Shown here one piece after another: positions 18,135 to 27,372 of a stretch of DNA of 55,344 nucleotides. The notes under the pieces were generated by a model that saw only the letters and a program-made list of their open reading frames with translations, had not been told where the DNA came from and did no database searches. This DNA comes from Gemmatimonadota bacterium (GTDB lineage Bacteria > Latescibacterota > UBA2968 > UBA8231): assembly GCA_038153405.1 (NCBI GenBank), contig JAYOYH010000031.1, forward strand, positions 1 to 55,344, in the 5' to 3' direction. The position numbers and the translations under genes were made by a program. Numbering within the stretch: position 1 is the stretch's first letter; every line of letters starts with the position of its first letter.

Positions 18135-19006
18135 GGCGTCGTGCCTCCGCTTGCCAGCTGCAGGCTCAGCTGGTGTGCCTGACCTAGGCCGTTGGCAAAC
18201 GGCATATAGGCGTAGTCGATGGTCCAGGCGCCGACGAGCAGGCCCAGCCCGGCGGACAGATGACGGTTTTCCGCCGTGCGATAGCCGAGGCGCAGCGCTA
18301 GGAACTCCTGCACTTGGTACTGGCTGCCCAGGTGCAAGCTGAGGTCGGTATCGCGCGCCTTTTGCAGCTCTAGGCCGACGAGCAGGTTGGCGACGCCGTC
18401 GTAGGTGAGGCCAGCGCGCAGCTCGGTGGGCAGCGGGGTGGCCGTGCGATTGAGTTTGTTCATCGCCCCCGCGTGGAGCAGGGCCGCGCCGGCGAGCAAA
18501 TTTTTTGCGAGGGGGTACAGCAGGCCGAAGTCGGTGCTATAGCCGCTAGCTGACTCGGTCGAGATCGATTGGTGCAGCAGCCTCAGCTGACCTCCCAGGT
18601 GCAGTCCGCTGGCAAGATGGCGCGCGTAGGCGATGCCGGCGGCTAGATCGTAAACGCCGAACTCGCCCAGCGGTTCGCTGCTAGGCCCGCTGCGCTGCTC
18701 GAGCCCGTCAGCCTGCCAGACCTGTGCGCGCAGCGCCCAAGCGCTGTGCGCGCGCTGCTGTACTAGATGCAGATGCTGTTGGTCGATGCCCTCAATCCAC
18801 GCGTTGTGCGAAAAGATGTACGCGCGTTCTGTTGCCGCAGAAAGGGCCGCTGGATTGGCTGCGGCGGGACCGGTCAGCGCCGTGCTCAGGTCGGCCATGG
18901 CCGCCGGGCGGGCCGCGCCGCTCAAGCGCAGCGATGGAAAGCCGACGGTCTGCGCCGACAGCAGCGCGGGCAAGAGCAGTGCCGAGAGAAAGGCGAAGCC
19001 GCGCAT
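18131..19006 (-). CDS. PorV/PorQ family outer-membrane beta-barrel
   Basis: FPSLRL..ARPAAMAD..ANPA.L N-terminal signature, LPTELRAG, DYAYMPF..LG..H. Start MRGFAF at 19006. Confidence 0.82.
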   Translation of the reverse strand: MRGFAFLSALLLPALLSAQTVGFPSLRLSGAARPAAMADLSTALTGPAAANPAALSAATERAYIFSHNAWIEGIDQQHLHLVQQRAHSAWALRAQVWQADGLEQRSGPSSEPLGEFGVYDLAAGIAYARHLASGLHLGGQLRLLHQSISTESASGYSTDFGLLYPLAKNLLAGAALLHAGAMNKLNRTATPLPTELRAGLTYDGVANLLVGLELQKARDTDLSLHLGSQYQVQEFLALRLGYRTAENRHLSAGLGLLVGAWTIDYAYMPFANGLGQAHQLSLQLASGGTTP

Positions 19007-19007
19007 G

Positions 19008-19943
19008 CTAAAAGGCGACCTCCAGACCAATCGTCGTGCGTCCTCCGGCATCGAGGGGATCGGCGGCATAGGCGTAGTGGAACTGCAGCTTCTGGCTGCG
19101 CATGGGGCGCAGGCTCAGCCCGGCGGCCAGCAGGCCAATGTCCTCCTCGCCGCCGATGTGGCGCAGGCCACCGCGCAGAGAGAGCAGGGGGCTGAGCGTC
19201 CACTCGGCGCCCATATGGCCCGTCGTTTCATCGCCGCGCTCTACTTCAACGGCGAGCACCGCGCCGTCAAAAGGTCGGTGCGCCGCGCCAACGGCAAGGG
19301 TTCGCGGCAGCGCGTCTTTGGTGCTGCTGCTCTGACCATTGGTCAGGCGAACCTTCCAGTTGAGCGCCGCGCTCAGGTTGCGCGCAGAAAGAGCAACGGT
19401 CGTGCGCTGGCTCAGGGCATACTGGATGCCGAGGTCAAAGCCGTGGCCGTTGGCTGTAGCAGCGTCAGAAAAGGGCGCCTCTATGCGCTGGTCGAAAATC
19501 TTCATACTAAAGCCTATGCTCAGCGCCGGGCCCAGCGTGCGGCCGACGGATATGAGAAAGGCGTTGGCTGCATCTTCTACGCTGCCGGTGCGCTGACCGC
19601 TGGCCGTGCGCCCGTCTATATCGCCGACGCTGGCGTGCAGCCAGGCCAGGCCAAAGCCCATATCGCCGCGCGGGTTGAGGGCAAACGAGGCGCTGCTGAT
19701 GCGGCGATCCAGGGCGAGCGACTGCATGGAGGTCTGCAGGCCCTTACCTTTAGTGCGCGCTAGGCCGGCTGGATTCCAGTAGGCGGCTGCTGGCCCAGAG
19801 GCGACGGCGCTGGCGGCGCCGCCCATACCCAAGGCGCGGGCACCGATGCCGGATTGTAAGAAGGCGGCGGCAAAGTCGGCGGCGCGCAGTGGAGAAGCTA
19901 TGAGCAGGAAGGCGCAAATACACCGTGGCAATAGAGCGTTCAA
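19008..19943 (-). CDS. PorV/PorQ family outer-membrane beta-barrel
   Basis: AAFLQSGIGARALGMGGA..YWNPAGL, GFDLG, LPRTL, C-terminal Phe. Confidence 0.88.
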   Translation of the reverse strand: MNALLPRCICAFLLIASPLRAADFAAAFLQSGIGARALGMGGAASAVASGPAAAYWNPAGLARTKGKGLQTSMQSLALDRRISSASFALNPRGDMGFGLAWLHASVGDIDGRTASGQRTGSVEDAANAFLISVGRTLGPALSIGFSMKIFDQRIEAPFSDAATANGHGFDLGIQYALSQRTTVALSARNLSAALNWKVRLTNGQSSSTKDALPRTLAVGAAHRPFDGAVLAVEVERGDETTGHMGAEWTLSPLLSLRGGLRHIGGEEDIGLLAAGLSLRPMRSQKLQFHYAYAADPLDAGGRTTIGLEVAF

Positions 19944-21616
19944 TCCAGCACCACCACCTTGCCAAAGGCCTGCCGGCCGGAACTAAGTGCTATGCGATAG
20001 AAGTAGGTGCCATTGGCGACCGACAGCCCGTCGTCGTCGCGGCCATCCCAGGGAATCTGATGATCGATGCCGCCGATAAAATCGCGGCGCGTGACCAGTG
20101 TGCGCACTTTGCGGCTGGCAAAGTCGTAGATGTTGATATCGACATTCGAAGCGTCGGCCAAGCTGAAGACGATGAGGGCGCGATCGCCGGCTGAGGGCGA
20201 AAATGGATTGGGCGCAGCATAGGTTACGGCGCTGCTGTCGCGCACGCCGCCGTCGCCAACAAAGCTGTTTGAATCGAGGGTGCGGACGCGCACTAGGTCG
20301 CGTATGATGCGCCAATTAGTGCCCTCGTCTTCGCTGCGACCCAGGCCATTTTCGGCGCCGACCCACAGGATTTCGCCGTCGTCTAGGCGCACGGTTTCGA
20401 GGCCGACAAAGGTGCCGTCGAGCGTTTCACCGGCGGCGACTTCTACTGGGTTCCAAGTGCGGCTGTTCTCGTCGTTGGCGCTGGCAAAGAGGCCTCGGTT
20501 GGTAGTGGCCCAGGCAAAGTTCTCGCTGAACGCAAAGTTCCAGGCAAAGGTGGAACCCGTCGTGGTCCACGTCTCGCCGGCATCGCGGCTATAGGCCATG
20601 GAGGCTACTTCGCCCGGCAGCCCCGTCACGTTGCTACCGACCCAGATGACGGACGTGCCGTCTGCGGCGATTTCCCTATTGATGGACAAGACCCAGTTGG
20701 CGCCGATCTGGCCGGGCACAACCGCGCCGTTTGCGTCGAGGCGGACTTTGATATTTTTCCACGTTTGCCCTCCGTCGAGCGAGCGCGTTAGGCCGCTCGA
20801 GGTGCCGACCCATACGGTGTCGCCGTAGGCCAGCGCGGAGAAGGTGCGATGCAGCAATCCCTGGCTGGCTAGGCTGTCGGATCCGGCGCGCGCCGCGGCG
20901 ACCAGCGCAGGGTCGCCGCCGGCGTTGGCCAAGCTATCGGCGAGTATGCGCAGGCTGTCGGCAGCCGTGTCGCTGGCAAAATAGACGACTTCGTCGGCGC
21001 CGTCGGGCAGGGCGCGCCGCCAGCTCTTGCCGTCGGCGCTCAGGCGCACCGTAGAGCCGGCAAAGAACGCGGCCCACACCTCGCCGGTGCCGATGGAAAG
21101 GCCGAAGCAGCCGTTGTCGATCTGGGTGCCCGGTCCGCGCTCAAAACTGGGGATCTGCGGGTTGAAAATGGCTGCATTGGGAATGTGCGTCCAGGTGCGT
21201 CCGGCGTCGTGCGAAAAGCTCAGGCCGGTGCCCATTTGCCGGGTTCCGATGCGGGTCGTCGTGTCGATGATCGTCGCGACCCAAACCGTATCGCCAATGG
21301 CGTCTAAAGCGCTGATGGACCCGCGGCCGATGCCGTTGAATGCGGTAAAAGTCACCCAGTCGCCCACGGACGTGCCGCTGGCTCGATTGGGGTCGAGGCG
21401 GGCGACGCCGCTCTCCGTTGCGGCCCACAGGTAGCGCCCGCTCCAAGCGATGTCGCCGATTTCCGTGCCAAAGAGGCCGGATATGGGTTCGACGGGGTCG
21501 GCGCTTTGGTGAAAGCGCTGCGGTCGCGCCTCCGCGTCCTGCGCGAGGAGGGGTAACAGGAGCACGGCGCAACGTAGGAAACGCGATATCCGTGCAGTTC
21601 GGGCGAATCTAAGCAT
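19940..21616 (-). CDS. Secreted BNR/Asp-box beta-propeller protein with C-terminal FlgD/T9SS-CTD-like domain (PorZ-like)
   Basis: Signal peptide; Asp-boxes SHDAGRTW, SLDGGQTW, SRDAGETW, SEDEGTNW; PNPF..IYD..WDGRDDDG..ANGTYFY..GKVVVL. Confidence 0.82.
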   Translation of the reverse strand: MLRFARTARISRFLRCAVLLLPLLAQDAEARPQRFHQSADPVEPISGLFGTEIGDIAWSGRYLWAATESGVARLDPNRASGTSVGDWVTFTAFNGIGRGSISALDAIGDTVWVATIIDTTTRIGTRQMGTGLSFSHDAGRTWTHIPNAAIFNPQIPSFERGPGTQIDNGCFGLSIGTGEVWAAFFAGSTVRLSADGKSWRRALPDGADEVVYFASDTAADSLRILADSLANAGGDPALVAAARAGSDSLASQGLLHRTFSALAYGDTVWVGTSSGLTRSLDGGQTWKNIKVRLDANGAVVPGQIGANWVLSINREIAADGTSVIWVGSNVTGLPGEVASMAYSRDAGETWTTTGSTFAWNFAFSENFAWATTNRGLFASANDENSRTWNPVEVAAGETLDGTFVGLETVRLDDGEILWVGAENGLGRSEDEGTNWRIIRDLVRVRTLDSNSFVGDGGVRDSSAVTYAAPNPFSPSAGDRALIVFSLADASNVDINIYDFASRKVRTLVTRRDFIGGIDHQIPWDGRDDDGLSVANGTYFYRIALSSGRQAFGKVVVLD

Positions 21617-21640
21617 TCAATCCGATGGGAATGGGTGGAG

Positions 21641-22471
21641 TTAGGCGGCGTAGCGCGCCGCGCGTGCGCGCATGGCTTCGATCGCTTCGTAGCCGATCCC
21701 GTAATCGCCGATTCGGGTGCCCTTGGCATCGCCGTGGCTGTCGGATCCGCCGGAGATGAGCAGATCGTGGCGCTCGGCCAGTTGATTGTAGAAGTCGATC
21801 TGCGGCGGCTGATGGGCCGGATGGTACACTTCGACGCCGTCGAGACCAAAGCCGATGAGCTGCTGGATAACGGCGTCGGGTAGGCTGTGACCGGGGTGGG
21901 CCAGCACAGTCACCCCGCCGGCGCGGTGCACGCGCGCGATGACCTCCTCGGCGGCGATGTGCGGCTTGGCGCGAAAGGCGGGCGCGCGGTCGCCGAGATA
22001 GCGATCAAAGGCTTCGTCTTTGTCGGCGACGAGGCCCTTTTCCACCATGACGGCGGCAATGTGCGGGCGGCCCAGCGGGCTGCCCTGCGCCCGGTCCAAC
22101 ACTTCCTCTAAACTGACGCCCAGCCCCATGTCGTTAAGCCGTTCTACGATGGCAACGCCGCGCTGGCGGCGCGCCTGGTGCACCAGGTTGAGTCCGCTGT
22201 TGAGATCGACGTCGTTCCAGTCCATGAGATAGGCGAGTAGATGCACTTCGCGGTCGCGCACGTGGGCGCTTAGCTCGGTGCCTGGAATTACCTCGACGCC
22301 CAGCCGACTGCCTGCATCGAGCGCTTCAGCAATGCCCTCTACGGTATCGTGATCCGTCAAGCTGAGCGCCCTCAGCCCTGCGTCGCGGGCTTCCTCGACA
22401 GCCTGTGTCGGGGTGCGCATGCCGTCAGAACAGAACGAATGCGTATGTAGGTCGGCCAAGTTGTAGCGCAC
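21641..22471 (-). CDS. PHP domain phosphoesterase (TrpH/YciV-like)
   Basis: DLHTHS..SDG, LTDHDT, GRPH, LAHP, GGSDSHG. GTG start at 22471 follows GAAGGGG. Confidence 0.92.
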   Translation of the reverse strand: MRYNLADLHTHSFCSDGMRTPTQAVEEARDAGLRALSLTDHDTVEGIAEALDAGSRLGVEVIPGTELSAHVRDREVHLLAYLMDWNDVDLNSGLNLVHQARRQRGVAIVERLNDMGLGVSLEEVLDRAQGSPLGRPHIAAVMVEKGLVADKDEAFDRYLGDRAPAFRAKPHIAAEEVIARVHRAGGVTVLAHPGHSLPDAVIQQLIGFGLDGVEVYHPAHQPPQIDFYNQLAERHDLLISGGSDSHGDAKGTRIGDYGIGYEAIEAMRARAARYAA

Positions 22472-22625
22472 GGCTGCCCCTTCTGGTGTGAAATGCGCCG
22501 CGCTGCGAACGGAGATAGGCGACGCGCAAAGCACTGTGCAGAAACGACAAAGCGACAGAGCAGAGACATAGAACAGGGCATATAAGAAAAGCGATTTGGT
22601 GCGCGCCATCAAGTAGGGGGCGAGG

Positions 22626-23456
22626 TCAGTTTTCGCAGAGTTCGCCGAGCAGGTGGCCGTAGCGACTGCGGATTTTGTTCAGGGCGCGGTTGCGCAATTG
22701 GCGCACGCGCTCGCGCGTAAGACCCATGCCGTCGCCAATTTGCTCCAGCGTCATGGTCTGGCAGCCATCTAGGCCGAAATAGCAGCGGAGGATGCGCTCC
22801 TCGCGCTCGTCGAGCACGTTCAGGCATCCGTGCAGCGTTTCGAGCAAAAAATTGTGTTCAGAAGCTGCTTCTATATCGCCGTTTTCGTCGCGCAGATGGG
22901 TCATGTGCGTCTCGTTTTCATCGGCGAAGGCCGGTCCATCTAAGGAGAGATCGCTACTGGCTGACAGCAGCGCATTGTAGGCGCGTCGCGCGCTCATATC
23001 GGTGGCGCTGGCCACTTCCTCCAAAGTGGGCGTTCGACCCAATTTCTGAGAGAGGACATTGGTGTGTTTCTCTACTTTTTGCAGGTCGTTGACTTGGCTC
23101 ATCGGAGGGCGTGCAATCTTGCTATTTTGTGCTAGGGCTTTAAGGATGGCCTGGCGTATCCACCACACGGCATAGGTGATAAACTTGAAGCCGCGCGTTT
23201 CGTCAAAGCGCTTGGCGGCTTCCAATAGACCGACGTTGCCCTCGGAGATGAGCTCGAGAAAAGAGAGGCCGCGCCCGTTATACTCTTTGGCAACGCGCAC
23301 GACAAAGCGCAGATTGGCCTGCACGAGCTCGTCTATTGCCTGCGCGTCGCCGCGTCGTGCGCAGCGAAACAATTCGCCTTCGCGCTGGCGGCTGAGCGGT
23401 TCATAGTGCTGAATATCGCGCCAATAAGCGGCGACTGAGCGGTTTGATTCGTCCAT
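22626..23456 (-). CDS. RNA polymerase sigma70 factor, RpoD/RpoS-like, lacking region 1.1
   Basis: ANLRFVV, EGNVGL, RGFKFITYAVWWIRQAI, TLEQIG..LTRERVRQL. Confidence 0.93.
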   Translation of the reverse strand: MDESNRSVAAYWRDIQHYEPLSRQREGELFRCARRGDAQAIDELVQANLRFVVRVAKEYNGRGLSFLELISEGNVGLLEAAKRFDETRGFKFITYAVWWIRQAILKALAQNSKIARPPMSQVNDLQKVEKHTNVLSQKLGRTPTLEEVASATDMSARRAYNALLSASSDLSLDGPAFADENETHMTHLRDENGDIEAASEHNFLLETLHGCLNVLDEREERILRCYFGLDGCQTMTLEQIGDGMGLTRERVRQLRNRALNKIRSRYGHLLGELCEN

Positions 23457-23499
23457 GAGCAGAAAGAGCCGTAGGTTTCGAGGTGAGCGTCTTGCTCTA

Positions 23500-23527
23500 T
23501 AGGACGGATCGCTGGCGCAGAAGTTCC
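23500..23527 (-). promoter_or_regulatory. Candidate ECF (RpoE-type) promoter GGAACTT-N16-TCCTA
   Basis: The minus strand reads GGAACTT ctgcgccagcgatccg TCCTA, about 45 bp upstream of the sigma factor start. Confidence 0.5.
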
Positions 23528-23593
23528 AGCGCACAGTGCTCGTTCAAATGGGGCTTGTAGGGGTGTAGCGGGAGCGCGCCGGGCCGTATCGAA

Positions 23594-25063
23594 TCAGTCG
23601 AGCAGCTGGCAGAAGCGCTCGTAGGCGGTATCCCAGCCATCGCTGGGGCCGGGGGCATAGTGCTCGGGGACAAACGATTCGCGCACGACTTGGCGCGCTT
23701 CATCGAGACTGCCCACTTCGCCCAGCCCCAGCGCCTGCACCATGAGGTTGCCTATGGCCGTCGCCTCGACCGGGCCTGCAACGACCGGTCGCTGTGTGGC
23801 ATCGGCTGTGAACTGGCAGAGCAGGCGATTTTGAATGCCGCCACCGACGATGTGAATGCGCTCTAGGCGGCGGTCGAACAGGCGCTCCAAGCTCTCGAGC
23901 ACGTAGCGGTATTTGAGCGCGAGGCTCTCGAGCGCCACGCGGACCACGGCGCCGGCGTCGTCAGGCACGGTTTGGCCGGTTTCCCTACAAAAGGCGCGCA
24001 GGCGCGCAGGCATATCGCCGGGAGCTATAAAACGCTCGTCGTCGGGGTCTACTGCGGCGCTAAAGGCCGGTGCTTGGGAAGCCATGGTCGTCAGTTTGGC
24101 ATAGTCGAGCGATTGGCCTTCGCGCCCCCACTGTCGCCTGCACTCCTGCACCAGCCAGAGTCCCATAATATTTTTCAAGAAGCGAAAGGTGCGTCCGACG
24201 CCGCCCTCGTTGGTGAAATTGTGCTCCAGCGCGCCTGCTCCGAGCATGGGTGCGTCGATTTCGATTCCCATCAGCGACCAGGTGCCCGAGCTGATATAGG
24301 CGTAGTGGGCGTCTGCCGTGGGCACGGCCGCCACGGCCGATCCGGTATCGTGGGTTGCCGGGGCGATAAAGGGCACGGACGGTATGCCCAACTCGTCGGC
24401 GATAGAGGGCAATAGGTGGCCTACCTGTGCACCCGGCTCGACGATGTCGGGCAGGAAGTGGTGGGGCAAGTCCAGTTTGTCGAGCAGTTCGCGCGCCCAG
24501 TCGCCCGCGCTGGGGTTGTAAAACTGCGTAGTCGTGGCATTGGAGAATTCGCAGACTTTGGCGCCGGTGAAGAAGAAGTTGAATAGGTCGCCCATGAGCA
24601 GCAGGGTGTGCGCCTGATCGAGCAGCGGAGAGCCGCGCATGGCCAGCAGCTGGTAGAGCGTGTTGAGCTTCATAAACTGGACGCCGGTGTGGGCAAAGAT
24701 TTCTGCGCGCGGCACGCGGGCAAACGCCGCCTCCAGCATGCCGTCGGTGCGCGGGTCGCGATAGTTGCGCGGATTGTCGAGCAGCGCATCGCCGGGGCCG
24801 AGAAGGGCAAAGTCGACGCCCCAGGTATCGATGCCGACCGAGTCGAGCGGGCGGGCCGCATCGCGCGCGCCCAGCGCTAGACCCTTTTTCATTTCGTCAA
24901 AGAGGCCCAACGCATTCCAGTAGAGTCGGTCGTGTATAGCTACTGGACTGTTGGCAAAGCGGTGCAACTCCTCCAGCTGCAGGCGTCGACCGTCAAAGCG
25001 GCCGGCGATGGCGCGCCCGCTTTCGGCACCCAGATCAAAGGCCAGCATAGTGCGCGTGCTCAT
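23594..25063 (-). CDS. rhaB: Rhamnulokinase / FGGY carbohydrate kinase
   Basis: AFDLGAESGR, GIDTWGVD, HDTGSA, SSGTWSLMG, FTNEGG, LKNIMGLW. Start set at the ATGA overlap, 25063. Confidence 0.93.
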   Translation of the reverse strand: MSTRTMLAFDLGAESGRAIAGRFDGRRLQLEELHRFANSPVAIHDRLYWNALGLFDEMKKGLALGARDAARPLDSVGIDTWGVDFALLGPGDALLDNPRNYRDPRTDGMLEAAFARVPRAEIFAHTGVQFMKLNTLYQLLAMRGSPLLDQAHTLLLMGDLFNFFFTGAKVCEFSNATTTQFYNPSAGDWARELLDKLDLPHHFLPDIVEPGAQVGHLLPSIADELGIPSVPFIAPATHDTGSAVAAVPTADAHYAYISSGTWSLMGIEIDAPMLGAGALEHNFTNEGGVGRTFRFLKNIMGLWLVQECRRQWGREGQSLDYAKLTTMASQAPAFSAAVDPDDERFIAPGDMPARLRAFCRETGQTVPDDAGAVVRVALESLALKYRYVLESLERLFDRRLERIHIVGGGIQNRLLCQFTADATQRPVVAGPVEATAIGNLMVQALGLGEVGSLDEARQVVRESFVPEHYAPGPSDGWDTAYERFCQLLD

Positions 25064-25338
25064 AGGTAGTTGAGTCCGAGCTCGGCGATCAGGTCGCGCG
25101 TGTCGCCGTCCAGCAGGGAGCACACCAGGGCAAAGCCGAGGTCGCGCTCCATATTGGAAGCGTAAGAAGCGTGCTCGTCGCGGAAGTTGAGGCGCTGAAA
25201 GCCGAGGATGGCCTCTTTGAATTCATCAGGGCGATCGTAGAGCACGAGTTGGGCCGTTTCGCGGTTGTCCAACGCGTCGGCCACGTATTGGGTGCCGAAG
25301 ATTTCTTCGAGGGCGTTGCGCAATTGCCGGTGTAGCAT
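25060..25338 (-). CDS. Hypothetical protein (92 aa)
   Basis: Translationally coupled on both sides (TGATG upstream, ATGA with rhaB). Confidence 0.75.
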   Translation of the reverse strand: MLHRQLRNALEEIFGTQYVADALDNRETAQLVLYDRPDEFKEAILGFQRLNFRDEHASYASNMERDLGFALVCSLLDGDTRDLIAELGLNYL

Positions 25339-25523
25339 CAGAAAGGATAGACCTGGTCGAGTTTTCGTTTAATGCGGTCGCCGCGCGTCTCTTGGCTCTG
25401 GTCGAGCACGAAGTGAATGGCCGGGCGCGTCCGCCAGTAGGATAAGACGGCTCCCGCCGTGAGGCTGGGTGCGCGCGAGGCTAGGCGCAGGACGAAAAGG
25501 GTGCGGATAATATGTTTTAACAT
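25338..25523 (-). CDS. Small hypothetical protein (61 aa)
   Basis: Stop overlaps the next start (TGATG); no recognisable motif. Confidence 0.45.
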   Translation of the reverse strand: MLKHIIRTLFVLRLASRAPSLTAGAVLSYWRTRPAIHFVLDQSQETRGDRIKRKLDQVYPF

Positions 25524-25663
25524 GCTGGTGTAAATGAGCGCGCTGACCGCCCAGAGCGCAAGAGCGCGTTGGCTGGGTGCAGCTGGGCCGGCACTGGTGC
25601 GCGGCCGTCTGGCCGATAGCTCGATCCAGCCAGACAGTCATCCACGCGCGTGCAGCGGTGCGC

Positions 25664-26629
25664 TTAGAAGTAGCTCGCTATGCGTTCCTCGATGCGCTCC
25701 CGCACGGGTTTGCCGTCCAACTCGGCGCTGAACTCACGGCCGGTTATGCGCTCGTATAAATCGATGTAGCGCTCGGCGACCTGTGTGCGGATATTGTCGT
25801 CGAGTTGTGGAATATGGGTATCGGATATGCCCTTTTCGCGCAGCCACAGCCGCAGGAATTCCTTGTCGAGGTTGTCAGGTTCCTCGCCGCATGCGTGGCG
25901 TTCGCCATAGCTGTCTTTGACCCAGAAGCGCGAAGAATCGGGCGTGTGCACTTCGTCGGCCAGCGCGACGTTGCCCTCGGCGTCGAGCCCCATCTCGTAT
26001 TTGGTATCGACCAGAATGAGGCCCTGTTTTGCCGCCAGCTCTTCGCCGCGTGCAAACAGGCGCAGGGCGATGTCTTCAATGCGCTCCCACACGTCGGGAT
26101 CTACGAGGCGTCGCGCTAGCACTTCGTCGCGCGAAATCAATTCGTCGTGCACATCGTCTTTGGTCGTCGGCGTTATGATCGCCTTTTCAAAAGGTTGGTT
26201 TTTTACCATGCCATCGGGCAGGGCGTGCCCGCAGTACTGGCGAACGCCGCGGCTATAGTGCGTCCAGATCGCCGTGTCGGACGAGCCCGTTAGGTATTTG
26301 CGCACGACGATTTCCACGGGAATGATCTCCAGTTCGCGCGCGATGGTCACATTGCCGTCGGGCACTTCGATGACGTGGTTGGGTGCGATGTCCTGCGTTT
26401 GTTCAAACCAGTACTGGGCGATGCGATTGAGGACCTGTCCCTTAAGTGGAATCGCGCCGAGCACGTGGTCAAATGCGCTCTGGCGATCCGTAGTGATAAG
26501 CACGCGTTTATCGGGCAAGAGGTACATATCGCGGACCTTACCTCTTTTATAGAGGCCACTCCACTGTGGGAAATGTGCTTCTAACAGGCAATTGTCGAGC
26601 TGTGATTGAATCTGTTGGCGACTTATCAT
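25664..26629 (-). CDS. purC: SAICAR synthase (long type)
   Basis: RGKVRDMY, TDRQSAFD, ITPTTK, LVDTKYEMG, DEVHTPDSSRFW, LDKEFLR. Confidence 0.96.
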   Translation of the reverse strand: MISRQQIQSQLDNCLLEAHFPQWSGLYKRGKVRDMYLLPDKRVLITTDRQSAFDHVLGAIPLKGQVLNRIAQYWFEQTQDIAPNHVIEVPDGNVTIARELEIIPVEIVVRKYLTGSSDTAIWTHYSRGVRQYCGHALPDGMVKNQPFEKAIITPTTKDDVHDELISRDEVLARRLVDPDVWERIEDIALRLFARGEELAAKQGLILVDTKYEMGLDAEGNVALADEVHTPDSSRFWVKDSYGERHACGEEPDNLDKEFLRLWLREKGISDTHIPQLDDNIRTQVAERYIDLYERITGREFSAELDGKPVRERIEERIASYF

Positions 26630-26674
26630 GGCGGCGCATCACTCCTGTGGGATGTTCTTTATGGGTTTCGAGCA

Positions 26675-26750
26675 AATGTATGCGCGCTGTGCCGGTCGTC
26701 AATACGCCGTTTTTATGCAGCTTGATTTTCGAACTTTTGCGGCGTATCTT
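26675..26750. promoter_or_regulatory. Divergent sigma70-like promoters for purC (-) and the lipoprotein (+)
   Basis: Minus: TTGACG (26697-26702)-N16-TACATT (26675-26680). Plus: TTGATT (26722-26727)-N17-TATCTT (26745-26750). Confidence 0.5.
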
Positions 26751-26814
26751 GGGGCACTGAAGTCGCATCTGGCCGCGCATTTATGCGAAGAGAATCAAAT
26801 ACAGGGAGGGTATC

Positions 26815-27294
26815 ATGTTGAGAGCAGTGACCACATTGGTATTGGCCATGGGCCTAGTTGCCTGCGGCAGCAACGAAGAACAAGTAGAATTAATTAGCTA
26901 CGTCAACAAGCTCAAGGGTTTCGATGCCAAAAACCGCGAGGTTCTCAAGCAAATTGAAATCCTCGATGACCCGAGTATCGATGTCACGTCCGAAGACTTG
27001 GAGAAAGTGCGCGGCATGATCGCCGATTATATCGGCGACCTCGAGAAAATCGACCCTGTGGAGATGGAGTATCGGGCGCTGCGCCTAGCCTACACGACGC
27101 ATATGAGACAGGTATCTCAAGCCAATGAGTTGGCCAGTGATAAGGGCAACGATTTGCGCCGTGAGCGCGGTAACGTGGCCATTGGCGTGCGCCACATTGA
27201 GAAGTTTACTAAACTGCACTTCAAGGCGATCGACGTACTGTGGCTGCGCGAGAAAGTTTCAGAGCCGTTCCCGCTGGCCTGGCCCGAGGAATAG
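26815..27294 (+). CDS. Hypothetical helical lipoprotein
   Basis: GGGAGG RBS, LVAC lipobox, followed by a terminator. Confidence 0.82.
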   Translation: MLRAVTTLVLAMGLVACGSNEEQVELISYVNKLKGFDAKNREVLKQIEILDDPSIDVTSEDLEKVRGMIADYIGDLEKIDPVEMEYRALRLAYTTHMRQVSQANELASDKGNDLRRERGNVAIGVRHIEKFTKLHFKAIDVLWLREKVSEPFPLAWPEE

Positions 27295-27318
27295 CGACTA
27301 CGCATCGTTGGATAGTGC

Positions 27319-27350
27319 AAAGCCCCCGGCCTCTGGTTCGGGGGCTTTTT
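27319..27350. terminator. Intrinsic terminator, probably bidirectional
   Basis: AAAGCCCCCG, loop, CGGGGGCTTT plus TT; lies between convergent genes. Confidence 0.85.
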
Positions 27351-27372
27351 GTTGGCTGTGGTGGAAGCGTTT

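Noticed and set aside
18786..19763. 325-aa plus-strand ORF
   Set aside because: Antisense shadow of the PorV-family genes, typical of high-GC DNA, with no motifs.
26630..26814. Purine/ZTP riboswitch upstream of purC, and the 8-bp inverted repeat ATACGCCG/CGGCGTAT
   Set aside because: No recognisable aptamer consensus; the space is accounted for by divergent promoters.
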